This document shows positions 38,894 to 51,242 of a DNA stretch of 64,000 nt, in pieces. The position numbers were made by a program, and so were the translations under genes. Source of the DNA: Phoronis australis (taxonomy: Eukaryota > Animalia > Phoronida); assembly GCA_002633005.1 (NCBI GenBank), contig NMRA01000633.1:149944-213943 (forward strand), in the 5' to 3' direction. Numbering within the stretch: the stretch's first letter is position 1; each line of letters begins with the position of its first letter. The notes under the pieces were generated by a model. It was not told the DNA's origin and did not search any database. It was given only the letters and a program-made list of their open reading frames with translations.

Positions 38894-39345
38894 TGATTCC
38901 TCTAAAATTCGTTTCAAAATATGAGGTGACTTCTTAATTTTAAACTGCTAACAGTTTTCCCAGATTCAATATTTTTGGTTAACAATTGTTCTGTTGATTT
39001 TTTGAAATCGATGCATTTGCCACCACTGCAGTCTGTACACATCAAACACATGCTTAAATCACAATAGGAAGTAAACAAACGGAAGTTGGAATTGTTCAGC
39101 AGGATCATTGATTGCAAGTTTTGGCAACTTCAGATTTTGTTTGGCAACCTGGGATTTTTGCCAGGTCAACAAATGCAACTTGCTGTCAAGTGTGAGTGTG
39201 TACATGTGCGTGTGCGTAGTTTTTTGGAAAAGCCTGTGATGTCATGCAACACTTTAGCTTTAATTAATTGTTGTATATCATTGTTGAGTGGATATTTCCC
39301 ATTTTTCACAAATATGTTGACAGATTTGGCAGTCAAATACAGTAA

Positions 39346-39465
39346 AATGGTACACAATACAATGGTACACAACACAATGGTACACAACACAATGGTACAC
39401 AATACAATGGTACACAATACAATGGTACACAATACAATCCTACACAATACCATGGTATACAATAC
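39346..39465. repeat. 15-bp minisatellite (AATGGTACACAA[T/C]AC) x8
   Basis: Directly visible; abuts the donor of the candidate exon. Confidence 0.93.
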
Positions 39466-39594
39466 CTGTTCTTCTTCCTTGTTCAATGTTTGTTTTGCAT
39501 CGCCATTTTCTGCCATGTTGTTGTTGTTGTTGTTGTTGTTGTTGATGTTTATACCATTTACTGTTACTTCTTTGTTGTTCACACTTACTTCTTC
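39466..39594 (-). CDS. Candidate exon (129 bp; EEVSVNNKEVTVNGINI-N9-MAENGDAKQTLNKEEEQ), possibly containing the start ATG
   Basis: Acceptor ACATTTTTAG, donor CAG|GTATTG, phase 0, AACATGG Kozak-like context after an (AAC)n tract. Confidence 0.55.
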
Positions 39595-41538
39595 CTAAAA
39601 ATGTCCAGGAATAATTTAAGTAGGATTTGCATGTCAACATCACATTCCCTCAAAACCAAACTTATCTGGGAAGCATTTTTAATTTGCATCATTCCACAAT
39701 GAGTTTGCAGTAAACTGAAACCATGTGTGAATGGTCCAACAGTATGCAAGTTACCAATTCTCAGAGAAGTTTATAGTATGGAAAAACCTCACAAATTTCA
39801 GACAAAAGTAATGAACAGCATTGGTCGTTTCTCAGAGAATTTCTAACACTGTTTGTCTAATTGTAGCTAATGTATAGAAGTTTTTAAAGTTATTTAACTT
39901 TACCAGACAAATGCTACATCATTTTAAAATATGATGTATCATTTATTCAATAAATTTTGCTCAAATTCGAACAGAAATATTGCCAAAAGTAATTTTTCAA
40001 AAGCTCACTGCATTGTTTAAAAATCCTCACAATTTTCTCACCCATTGGTTGATGAATGTTGTGCAAGATAAACCATACAATTATGAAGGTACTCATTTCA
40101 AGTTTACTTTCATTGAAAATTTCTATGACACAAAAAGTTAACTCTTCTGCCAAATTGACTTTCACATTAAAGAAACTTTACCGCAAATGAAAAATATTAA
40201 ACTTCTCGTGAATGCCAGTCATTGAGCCCAACATAACTCTCTGTAACAAGCTGTTTACTTCACCAGCAAAATAATTCCTCACAGTCATATTTCAGGGAAG
40301 CACATTTTCCAAGAAAAAGCATTTTCACAACTTTGTAATTTACATTTTGCAGTGACCATTCAGTTATGTCCACTTTGCAATTAATTTTCTAAAGTCTGAA
40401 GATAGATTGCTTAGAGACAACAAGTGGGTTTGCATTAAGCTGTCAGACAAAAAGTAAAAGTTTGTGTTAATGAAGACTGCTTCCCAACTATACTGACTTT
40501 GAAATAAGGACACAAATCATTCGCCAAATTTTTTTACCACTTGTAAAGTTTGTGCTGTACAACACTTGTAACATGTTGCATGTAACAATTCAGTACAATT
40601 CCAAGTAAAAATAGTACCAAATTTATTCTATATTGTGACAGTAATATAGTGACAACCAGTCAGAGCCAGTAAAATACCATAAGTGGTATTGAACGCTGCA
40701 GTCGATACAGGAAGACGCTGTTCGAGACAAGTAAGGACAACTTACACATGGCATTTAGTCACCTTTGAGCTAAGTGGCAGGCAGAGAATATTGAAAAAGT
40801 CTTCATCTTACTTTTCTATGGTCAGCATTGTAACTTTAACATCTACATAGCTTACGCAATGACGCACAAAAATAGCGAGTTTAAGCTTTGCTAAGTTTGA
40901 TCTGAATCAATAAACTGTGCAGAGAATAAATATCAAGCTTACACAAGGAGCAGCAATTAGACTTTAGTGAAGGGAATGTTCAGATTTAAAAATTTCAAGA
41001 TATACATTTCCACTTATTTATAAACGTCATTTTCTAGTACATCATCATCTCTCCAACATGGCAACCATTGGCTGCCCGTTGTGAAGTTGACAGTCTAGTT
41101 TCCATTTGGGGAGAAAATCCGTGCCATTTTTAATGGCAAGCACAAAAACCATCGGCGCCTAACGACAACTTCGTTGAACTTAAGTTTTCTAACTAACTCC
41201 AAAGTTGATGGGAACACTAACACTTAACTTCAGGGTTAACCACATTTAGCTTCCATAATAGCGAAGTTAACTGTATGGGAAACAGCCTCGAGTGGACGAC
41301 TGGTTCACACAAAACCTCCAACAACCATACAACGCATTAATTTCTCATTCACCCCTGCCATTGCAACAACGTACAATTTTTCATCATCAAATTTATATCC
41401 TTTCCACTGCTCATTAGACACATGGCCACTTCATGCCACCATACATTAAATACTCCGAGATGCATCAGACTTTTCCAGAAGTGGGCAATGCTACGTGTAT
41501 TCTGCGCAGCACCTGAGAACAACTGCAGTCGCGCCATC

Positions 41539-41645
41539 ATGTCCTCTGCAAAAGTCAATGCTCAAGTGCAGTATTGCTCAGCTATAAATTGCAATAATTC
41601 TTGGTGGAAGCAGCCAAATGTTCCAATTTAGTTTTCCAAATCCCG
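41539..41645 (+). pseudogene. THAP domain N-terminal relic
   Basis: MSSAKVNAQVQYCSAINCNNSWWKQPNVPI then frameshifted FP; CxAxNCxN..FP pattern. Confidence 0.55.
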
Positions 41646-42329
41646 TTTATTTTACTAGTGCTCATGCTAGTATTGCTAGAACCTATGTCAAAATGCATGT
41701 ACTCTATGTTATGGTGTGTTAGAGGGATTGCCTGGAACATGCAATCGAAAAACAGTCAAGTTGAGCAATATATAGAGTGGCAAAGAAAATAATTTTAAGC
41801 TAAGAAAGCATAAACATGAAGGGTTTTTGATGACTTTTTGGTGGGAAATGAAACTATTGCATAAAATATACACAGTAACTCGTGGCACAAATGGGTTATG
41901 GGCAGTTTGATTTGTTTGCTTGTGATCGTAGCTGTACCTGTTGAACTAGTTTCAATAAAACTTATCTTAACATTCTAATTCATACTTGTTACCACCGGCA
42001 CTCTAAGGGCAACACTTTATGTTTATGCAAGTCTGTGCATGTGCCAATGATGTGCATGTTTGTGTCCATGAGCGCCTGCGTGCTTGCTTGTGTAAACACC
42101 ACAGGTTGACAGATTTCAGAGATGTTTTTAGGGGTGCTTGCCTTAGCCCAAAGGAGCAATCAATTAGATTTGAGATGGTTTAGTATCTCCATGACTTCCA
42201 CCATTTTCTTGACTTCCATCTAAGGCCTAGCCTAGAATGCACAAGTCCAATTACACACTAGTATATTTGAAAATGTCTGTCAAGGCTGGAGGTTGTATAG
42301 ATTTTGAAATTTTAAGGTCCCTGTCTGCT

Positions 42330-42390
42330 TATTACTTGGCGGAATTCTTCCGCCAAGTATGTTGGTCTGACAGAAAGTTTTTTTTTTTGA
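42330..42390 (-). mobile_element. Solo hairpin end of the HINE-like family seen at 15857-15946
   Basis: Perfect stem TACTTGGCGGAA-TTC-TTCCGCCAAGTA followed by TGTTG. Confidence 0.7.
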
Positions 42391-44366
42391 ATGAAATACT
42401 GCAGAATGGTACGATCACCCCCCCCCCCCTTCGTCGTGTACTTTTTGCCGGAAGCATAGCAACTACCAGGTAGTAGACATGTGGGGAAATGAGCCATCTT
42501 TGCTTATCAACCACAGTAGAAACCAGGTGGCGCTGTGTGCTGCGTGTTACATTTTTCAACAAGGCGCGACCGATCAACAGTATTTAATCTAAGATGCCAC
42601 CTTGTACTTGGTCAACAGATTTGTACAAGAATCACTGGCATTGCCCATTCTCCTTATCACGAGACTGATCAAAAAGCCCTTGTGTGAAATCAGGGCAATT
42701 ACCTCATTGACCAATACTTTTCAGCGATAAAACACTGTATGAAATAAATAAGGATATTGTACTGTTTGGCTTCTGAAACTGGGTACCTCATACACAGCTA
42801 AGTTAGGATGATTTTCCCCAAAGACGTACTTTCAAAAGTTAGCCATAACCATGAACTTGGATTTGAATTCACAAACATTTTTAGTCTGGTCAGCACAACA
42901 CCTGTTGACCACATCACCTGCCCTAATGAATATGATGTGGCCAACAGGCAGTATGCCAACCAGACTAAAAAGTTCATGATACACTTCCACACTGGTTTAA
43001 GATTTATATATTTGTACAATTAAATTTGATTTGTTGACCATTGCAGGACATGTAACCACATTGTGGTAGGTAATTGGTGTGCGAACTGTGACTGCGCAAA
43101 CGCTTTAAAATGGCATAAAACCTGTGCTTTCCATTAAAAATGTTGACGTAGGTCACTTACCAATAAAAAATTAGTTTTCTCTAGTCCCTTACTCTGCTGT
43201 ACAACTGATCCCTGGGCAAAAGAAGACCGGACAGTATGTTACTTCATCATAACTGAAACTTCTTTTCAAGCTCTGAATTCACACCCAGTTTGAACAATTT
43301 CATAAAGCGTGCCCATAGATATCAAAATTATTTGTACTTGAAAACTATTGTTTCTGCATTACAAACTCTCCATTTGGTTTCAACTCCAGGCAACAGCGGT
43401 TTCCAAATCAAGGCTACACCCAGAACTTTATCAAATCAATCTAGCCATTCCGGTGGTCTTTTGTCTGGCATCACAGGCCCATTACCCTACAGGGCTCGAT
43501 TTGGCTATCTGCAAGTCACCATGGCAGCCTCTGATTTCGTTTTTCGACCTGGTAAAAATCCCAGGTAACCAAATGTCATCACGCCAAGTCCGAGCATGCA
43601 ATCAAAATACTACAAAAAGTATATTGGGCCGAAGACGGAAAAATAGGAAAACATTGGTCATAACCAAGCAATTTTTGCAAGACACTCCTTAACACTGCCT
43701 GGGCAAACTTAGGATCACCGGATTACAATTGTCAACTGCTGGCTTTGACAAGAATAGACATTTTCAGCTCTTGCCACCAATGTTTGACGACCTCAGTTTC
43801 CATTTTGTAACTTAGGCGCATTTGGCGAGTTGACTTATTGCCAAGCGTCAAGCCCTGACCTACAACAGTACAAAGGGTGAATAAAACTTCCATAAACGGG
43901 TACCAGATAATCAAAATCTAAAGCCTCTACTTTGGCAAATGTTTACTGTAATTCCTATGGTAAAAAAATGACCTCAATCCACTTTTCAACAGGAATTCAA
44001 CTAAGAAGCAAAACAGTTGAAAAATCACCAGTTTTCGACTTTCAAAAAATCACCAGTTTTATTCCATGGTACATCAATATATTTTATCCTGTGTTTTGTT
44101 GCCATAAAGTCATTGCTAATGTCGTAATTGCTCTTCTCCAAAAAGGACTTCAGATCAGTTTATGATAAATAAGCTGCTTGATGACAGGGGTTCTTGAACA
44201 TACTTATTGATGAAGTACACTGAGCCTTGAAACAGGAGGATTTTCTAAATAATGAAGTTTTAACAAAATGAGACTATTTGCAATAACTTAGGCATTACAT
44301 TGGCCGACACAGCTATGAGATCAGACTGCACTAATTTTTTATAATAACGTGTAATTTCCTTTCATT

Positions 44367-45592
44367 CAGTGCTCAACATTAACTTGTTAAGTTGAAATTT
44401 TTACTTGCCCGAACAACATACTCACTTGCCCCTAGTACAATCTCAAATAGCACAGTGCATGTGCACAACTAAGTAATGTGATACCGTAAGGCTGTCTGTG
44501 CTGAGCCTCCTCTAGTGCGGTGCATGCTAAATACTTGAGTTGATATTTATAAGGTGTGTCAAAACACTAGAGAGACAGTGTATATCTGAACCATTGTCTC
44601 ACACTCACAGGTGCTGAAATGATCTAGGACACGAACTCTAGACACTTCTATGTATTCATTAGTTGATATGGATTTGCTATCCGTAAAAATCTTGCACAGA
44701 TGTGGTCATCAGTACCTTGTATTAGTTTAAAATCAAATTTTAACATATAATAATGCCACATATACTTTTATTTGCATCAAATAATTGCATTTTTCTGAAA
44801 AATAAATAGACCACGAAAAATTCACCCTTCAGAGCGACAATCCTGAAGACTGTATTCCTCTTCTTTTGGAGTCGCCAACGGAAGCCGAGAATTCATAAGT
44901 TTCCTTTGGATTCCCCCCCCCCTGAATAAATACCAGGCCTGTAAAACTGCTGTGTAGTGTAGAAAATATTTAGTCAATCATTCACTTTTTAGCTTTTACG
45001 CTTATCTGTACAACTTAACTCCCTGACAAACGCGGTGCTTCCAGCTGTACCTGGGAAACGCCGGCAAATGAATCACACGTCATCCCTTGTTCACTGTCTC
45101 GCAGGCCAGGAAACCTAATTTCCCATGACGGAACCCACCCCCCCCGCACCCTTTTCTTTTCATATTGTTGCTTCGATTCTTCCTGAGGTTGTTTTTTAGC
45201 AACTAAACCATTTGGACATTTTGCCAGAGTGCAGACGATCAGTAGTATCACGTGACAACTTATTCAGAAACTGCAAGGCTCGTTCAGAGAATCGAAAGGA
45301 TTTGACGGGCGTCATGTGTGTACGCAACATCACACTCGTTCAATTTTCCTTACAGTGCTCATTCGAAGACGGGAGTTTCTTTGACGGCCACCGGGGTTTT
45401 TCGACAGTATTTAGGTTTGTGTCGGGGTTCGTTACTTTGGAGCAAATGTCGAGCAGACAATCTTAGGATCTGCTTGCCTATGTGGCCAGCTTTTTCACTT
45501 GCCCATCGGGCAGGTACTTTTCAAATCTCACTTGCCCGACGCAAAATCTAGATGTACACGGGCAATCGGGCAACCATTAGTGTTGAGCCCTG
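44367..45592 (-). mobile_element. 1.2-kb hAT-like deletion derivative with TTF-type zinc-finger relic
   Basis: TIR CAGTGCTCAACATTAA vs revcomp CAGGGCTCAACACTAA; subterminal TTGCCC repeats at both ends; minus-strand YEKKRVRGGWVPSWEIRFPGLRDSEQGMTCDS resembles the N-terminus of hAT (ZNF862-like) transposases; TSD not retained. Confidence 0.75.
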
Positions 45593-45965
45593 ACAATGCA
45601 TTTTTATAAGCAATTACAGTGTTTGCCAAGGGATAAATGGTGTTATCAACAGTCACGAATTCGCGATGTAGTCCGCAGGGAAATTCCTGACCAGATTTGA
45701 ACGTGTGCCCTTTGGGGGCTCCTGATGACGTAATTAAAGTGGCAACATATGAAACAGAAAACCAAAGGGCAACCGAAATAAGAACAGACTCATGTTTTAC
45801 CCGGCTGACTGTAACTTGACTAGAATCTTGAGTTTTCGTTAGAACGTTACATTTTAAAAGATGCGCCATGAGAGGGGGCGCACTGCTACAATATATGCTA
45901 CTAGTGCTTCCTTTTCATAATTTATACTCTAATGTCGCAAAGGCGCAGTCCAGGAACATTTCTCA

Positions 45966-46091
45966 GAGGGCACTGGTCGGATATAGCGGTCCCTGGTTTA
46001 GAGATCCAGTTTCATCCACTAACAGGCCTGTTATTCAGTGATTGCCTGGTTGTCTAAATCAGGGACCGCTTTATCCGACCAGTGCCCCCTC
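45966..46091. mobile_element. ~125-bp MITE-like element with ~35-bp TIR
   Basis: GGGCACTGGTCGGATATAGCGGTCCCTGGTTTAGA ... TCTAAATCAGGGACCGCTTTATCCGACCAGTGCCC. Confidence 0.8.
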
Positions 46092-47899
46092 GTCGGCACA
46101 GTCCACGACATTAAATCAAGTGACTGTGTCCCACAATCCTTACAAAATGTTTTGGATGGAACTATGATTGTTACCCACAATACAACCACGAACCAGGTCT
46201 ACAAGTAAGCAAAATACTGTCTAACTTTGGCAGCATACAGACTTAGGCACAGTGGCCCAATTTTACCGACTATGACAAAGTCCCTTGTCTGCTGAGCACA
46301 GTTGAGTTTCATGGTTTCTAGTACTAGTGGGAGTTTCCTGTAGGACCAGAATAGACCAGGTCGGTCATAAACATTGCTTGTGCTCAGTGGGTTGCAGCCG
46401 ACTCTTGACAACAAACTTGTAACGTCAGACTAGAGAAAGTGTGAGCAAACTTTTGACTAACCGAACCAACAAAATGGTCCTAGTTAGTTGCAGAGTCTAG
46501 AATTTTGACATACCTTCATAATAATGCGATGCTTGATATCTGGTACTGGTCAGCTAATCCGCCTCAAACGTGTATTAATATAACACAACCGGTAGGTCAA
46601 CAGCGCGAAGCAATATTTGACAACTTGTCGTTGGAACTCCCGCCGTCGCGATTCGACAGTCCAAACTTTACAGCACAATACGACAAAACGATCCCCAATT
46701 ATAACCTTAATATGAGCTAAATACGAGGCTACATACAAGTACTAAATGAATAGTTCCTATGTACAAGGAGAACAGTCACCCTCTGAAAGTAGGTTACTGC
46801 CCAACTCACAGCTGGGGCGATCAAGTTCATAAGTTATGCATCAAACACTTTTGATTTATGCCACAATGAAAAGGGGCGGTAAATCGCCCAAAACATGATT
46901 ACTCCGCGCACCTGCTACATTGTGTCATTTAAACGTATAAAATCGACACCTTTCTCAAGCCATTTTTTTATACAGGAAAACCGGTGATTAATTACTAGAA
47001 CAAAAAGTTAGATTTCAATCAAAAATACGCAGTACCAACCAAGTTTGTTAAAAAGCAAATGCGGATGAACACAAATACTGTGCGGGTTGTGATCAATCGA
47101 TGGCCAACCACTCGCGGTACATTCTTTGAAGTCAATGCGAAAGTCGTCTGCTTGGTGTGTGACGTCGGTTCGGATGTTTGGGATATGGTTTATACGGCTG
47201 GGTATCCCTAACTAGTAGAGGACACGGTCTACGAATCCTGATACGCATGTTTATGCGCAGCCTTCCAAAGAAACCTGTAACGAAATGAATGGTATTTGGA
47301 AATTTATTCCTACAGACCATCGAAATAATGGCCCATTAGAAAAATGAGACGCAATCGAAATAACGGCACAGAAAAATGTGACTCAAGACCAGCAAAATGC
47401 TTACAGAAGAGAGATAATGTTAATCGTGCCAGGGTCAAGGGTGTAAGCATATATAAACCATAATTTGTGAAGTACACACGGACAGTTAAGTGTTCAAATG
47501 TCAAATTTGTCGATATTTTAGCCCAAAGAAGTCTAAAAACAGTATTTCTTTTGATGGTCTCATTGAATAAATAAAACCGCGGCTTATCATAATGAAGCAT
47601 CGACTTATCGTCCAACACCAGCCGTGTGCATCAAACTGTGTGACGTGACGATGCTTTTCCATTTCGAATTCCAGTTTCCTCAAAATACCAACATTCGTAA
47701 ACGAATATTTCTGTAATTTTTGGAAACATAAGTTTGAATGGACGGTCGAGAAATGATTTTCTGAGATAAGAACTTTCAGATGCAGTCAAAATGCCCTGCT
47801 GGCTGGCGGAGCCAATTCCAATCGACAAATGGTAGAGTGTTTTAAAGCTACACAAATTTGGCCCTGTTTAACAAGCTAAATAAGGAAACTTAAATTAGA

Positions 47900-48030
47900 C
47901 CTTCGACTCTCATAAGATCGGTATCGTCAGGATTCAGTTCTGTTATCAACTCAAGTCGCCGTGGACAAAAGCGCTGCGCCATTTTCGAATCCGCAATGGG
48001 GTAAGGGGATGGCCGGCCAATCTCAATAAA
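47900..48030 (-). promoter_or_regulatory. Candidate promoter/first exon of the large minus-strand gene
   Basis: CpG-retaining region; YY1-type AAAATGGCG (47977-47985, minus), CCAAT at 48017; candidate downstream acceptors near 47276 and 43860. Confidence 0.3.
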
Positions 48031-48599
48031 CTCTGAAGTGTTTCTAAAATCGCTGTTAAATTTAATACTCTGGTTCGAACAACCGAACAGTGTCCGGCTG
48101 TATGAAACAGTTCCAAACACATGGGCGGCGCACCATACGAGGCAGGGAGGGGCGGCTATAGCCCCGGCTTATTTCAGTGCTACGCCGCCATGGAACAGCG
48201 AGTCAGCTAAGTTTCCTAACTCTACTGCGCACTGGCGTATCCACGGTGGCGCCCAATGGGGCTATGGCCCCACCTACCCAGTTCAACGAAGTTTTTCAAC
48301 GTGTGTAAGATTGGGGAACTTGAATATTCTTCAACAAACAAGAAAGTACTTAGAGTGAGCACGTGAGCGCCCGACTGTCAGCGGATAAAGCTGCGGATTT
48401 TGCGGGCCTTAAAAACAAATAAAGTAAAATCTTCACGTCAGTCTCCATTGGCTTCTTAATCTGTTTCCATACCGTTTGGGAAGAAATTTCGCTGACGCAG
48501 GCGTATCGAACGATAATCACGCGGCAATATTTCGAGGATAAAAAATATATAACAAACTTAGAAATAATTATAAATGTCTGTATTAAGGAGTGTAATTAT

Positions 48600-49700
48600 C
48601 TCAGTAACAAAAATACAAAATGGGAAATAGTTTAAATAAGGGAATATATCATGAGGAACTCAAGGATGAAAAAAGAAGAAATCAAAAAATGCTGAGGAAG
48701 AAAAGCTGAGAGAACTTACAACAGAACTGTGTGAACTAGAACTGGTAAAGGAATTGTTCAGAATTTTGAAAGGGCAAAAACTCATGCGCGCACCCAGGCG
48801 GGCTCGGGGGACTCGAACGAAGCAGATCTGCAATTACTACAAAATCAGAGAGTTCGTGCGCAAATTATAAGAAGTAAGGCCCAGTTAACTGAGGACAGGG
48901 AAAGTAGCTCAATTTTGTTGCTTCATTAGAGAAGAGAATTTAAAGAAATAAAAAATGGGCACATGATAAAAAGTCGCGCTCAAATTAAATCCGAAATAAC
49001 GAAGGAAATCCCAAAGTGATGTTGAGCAACTGGATGTCTTTTTTAGCGGAGGGTGAATGTTTTGGAGTTTTAAAAATTTGTAAAAATAATAACGTCTCTG
49101 GAAAATAACGAGTTCATAAATGTTTTTGGCATGAAGTAAAAAATCCTTTGCATGAATTATTTGAATAGTTTTAGTTGAGGAATTACTTGCGTGAGAGAGA
49201 GAAGGAGCCATAACGCTGAAGATGATGTTGAGTAACAGTGTCTAGATAATTGGCGACCATTATCATTACAAGACATTGGTTATGGACTACTACAAAAGTT
49301 CTTACAGCCCGTCTAAATAACATCATGTGAATCAGGTTATTGTTAATAAATAAGTATGATTGCTCATGGTCAGGGGCATATTCTTTCAATTTTACACTGG
49401 TTTTTAGACGACGGGTACCGATAATTTTTACTGGACCAAAACAGTTTTGTCAGTAATGGTTTCATTGCATATTATTTTCCTTCAGAATGGGACGCGAAAG
49501 CGGGTGATTTCTTGTCAGGTTCATTGCTTTGCCTGGTGTTGAAGTTATGGCTCATTACATTCGGAAATAACGATTTAATATAAGGCATACATGTTGAAAA
49601 CTTGCAGTGAAAATTCTCCAGTATGTAAGATAAGAATTCTGGCATAAATTGTCTAAACTTTTTTAACATTTTGGGTTATTGTCTGACCTATACTACTGCT
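48600..49700 (+). mobile_element. L1/Tx1-clade LINE ORF2 relic (linker plus reverse transcriptase)
   Basis: Motifs in order: RAQIIRSKAQLTEDRESS, KCFWHEVKNPL, DNWRPLSLQD, TKVLTARL, SNGF, GDFLSG, KILQY; multiple stops and frameshifts. Confidence 0.8.
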
Positions 49701-49727
49701 AAATGTCAAAAATGTGGAGGGTTATAT

Positions 49728-50330
49728 CTTTTTTTCACTTATTCATTATCATTGATAAACAAGTACAAAAACAAACAAACAAGTACATCCATTCTTTCAC
49801 GCATAGACGTGGAGTTAACGTGAACAATAAAATTTTCCCATTTCCCAAAGAAGCTATCATGTACAATATTTTTATGTAAAATTAATTTTTCAGCATTGTA
49901 GTACTCAAAAGTATATGTAACAAACTTGTGAATATTAGGTATATTAGCTTGTATCTAGGTGTACAGAAAGAGTGTCCTTACCGATTTCACCGCTTCAAGT
50001 GAATTGCCAAACCCGCCAAGAGCTTGAGTATATTTTTCAGTAATGATAAACCAGAAAATGGTATTTCTTAAATTTTCCGAATTCTCCCAATGTCTGCGGG
50101 TAAAAGCCACAGTTTTTCTTTGCTTGACAGAATTAGTGTAGTGGAAACATATGCACTTCCTAAGAGTCTATGTAGTGAGTAATTTTGGGATGGATAGCGC
50201 AAATAAAACGAAGTTAAACACTATAAAAAATATTGTGTTTGGAAAGATAAACCCATCAGAATTAAAAAAAATAAATAAAATGTGACTGTAAATCTTCATT
50301 AACATGATTTTTTCAGTTCCTGATGTAACT
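49728..50330 (-). mobile_element. L1/Tx1-like ORF2 C-terminus and 3' tail relic in opposite orientation
   Basis: Minus strand HMF, then PNIHKFVTYTFEYYNAEKLILHKNIVHDSFFGKWEN, then (TTTG)n and a short A-tail at 49729-49735. Confidence 0.55.
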
Positions 50331-51174
50331 AATATGTTCAAGTCACCAGTAAGGGGGGTTAACCGGTGCAGTTTTCGAAACATATAGTGGGACTCTAATC
50401 AAGGTTTAATAAGTTGTTGTCTCGTGCAAATCTTGGCACCTTTTACCATTACATCTCCATTACTTAGATAGTGACAAAACAATTGGAAATCAGATAGAGT
50501 GGAAAAAATTTCATAGACAGAAGGCTGTGCCCGAAAGTTTGGATTTTGAAACAAATTTCTGACGTGAGAGATATTGAAGGAACGATATAAGCTTTCACAC
50601 TGGATTAATCATGCTGGATTAAAACCTGCAAGAAAGGTGAAGCCTGAGTATTCCAGGTAAAACGTGCAAGACAGGTGAAGCTTGAGTATTCCAGGTAAAA
50701 CTGCCTACTTTTTCCAGTTAAATAAACTACTCTGTTTTCAAAGCACATTTTGCTTTCCAAAATTGTCTGGCTTTCAGATATAGAATTCAGTTTGATTGAT
50801 ATTCACCACCGACAACAAAGTCAAATTTACTTGCTTCCAGACAAATTCTTGTTGCTTGGGAACTTTCTATTCATTGAAAGGCTTATACAGAAAGTGGTCT
50901 GAAAAGCATGCGCATCATGAGGAGCACCACGTTTGTGGAATGTGACTTCATCATACTTCTATGGTACGGGATTCAGAAGCTCCTACTCTTCTTAAGTGCA
51001 CAACACTATTTAATCTTCAATAAACTCTAGTTATAGAGAAGTTTTAACATTACACAGGTAGTTCTTATAAGTGTTATGATGCAAAGAAAGATACAACCCA
51101 TCAAACTGTTTATGAAGAAACCACTATTACTTTTCGGCAACATTGGTACCATGATTTTAGAAATTAGATGATTT

Positions 51175-51242
51175 GTGTGCCTGTGTGTGCCTGTGTGTGC
51201 CTGTGTGTGTGTGTGTGTGCGTATGTGCGCGCGCGCGCGTGC
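51175..51242. repeat. Compound (GT)n/(GC)n microsatellite
   Basis: Directly visible alternating purine-pyrimidine tract. Confidence 0.95.
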
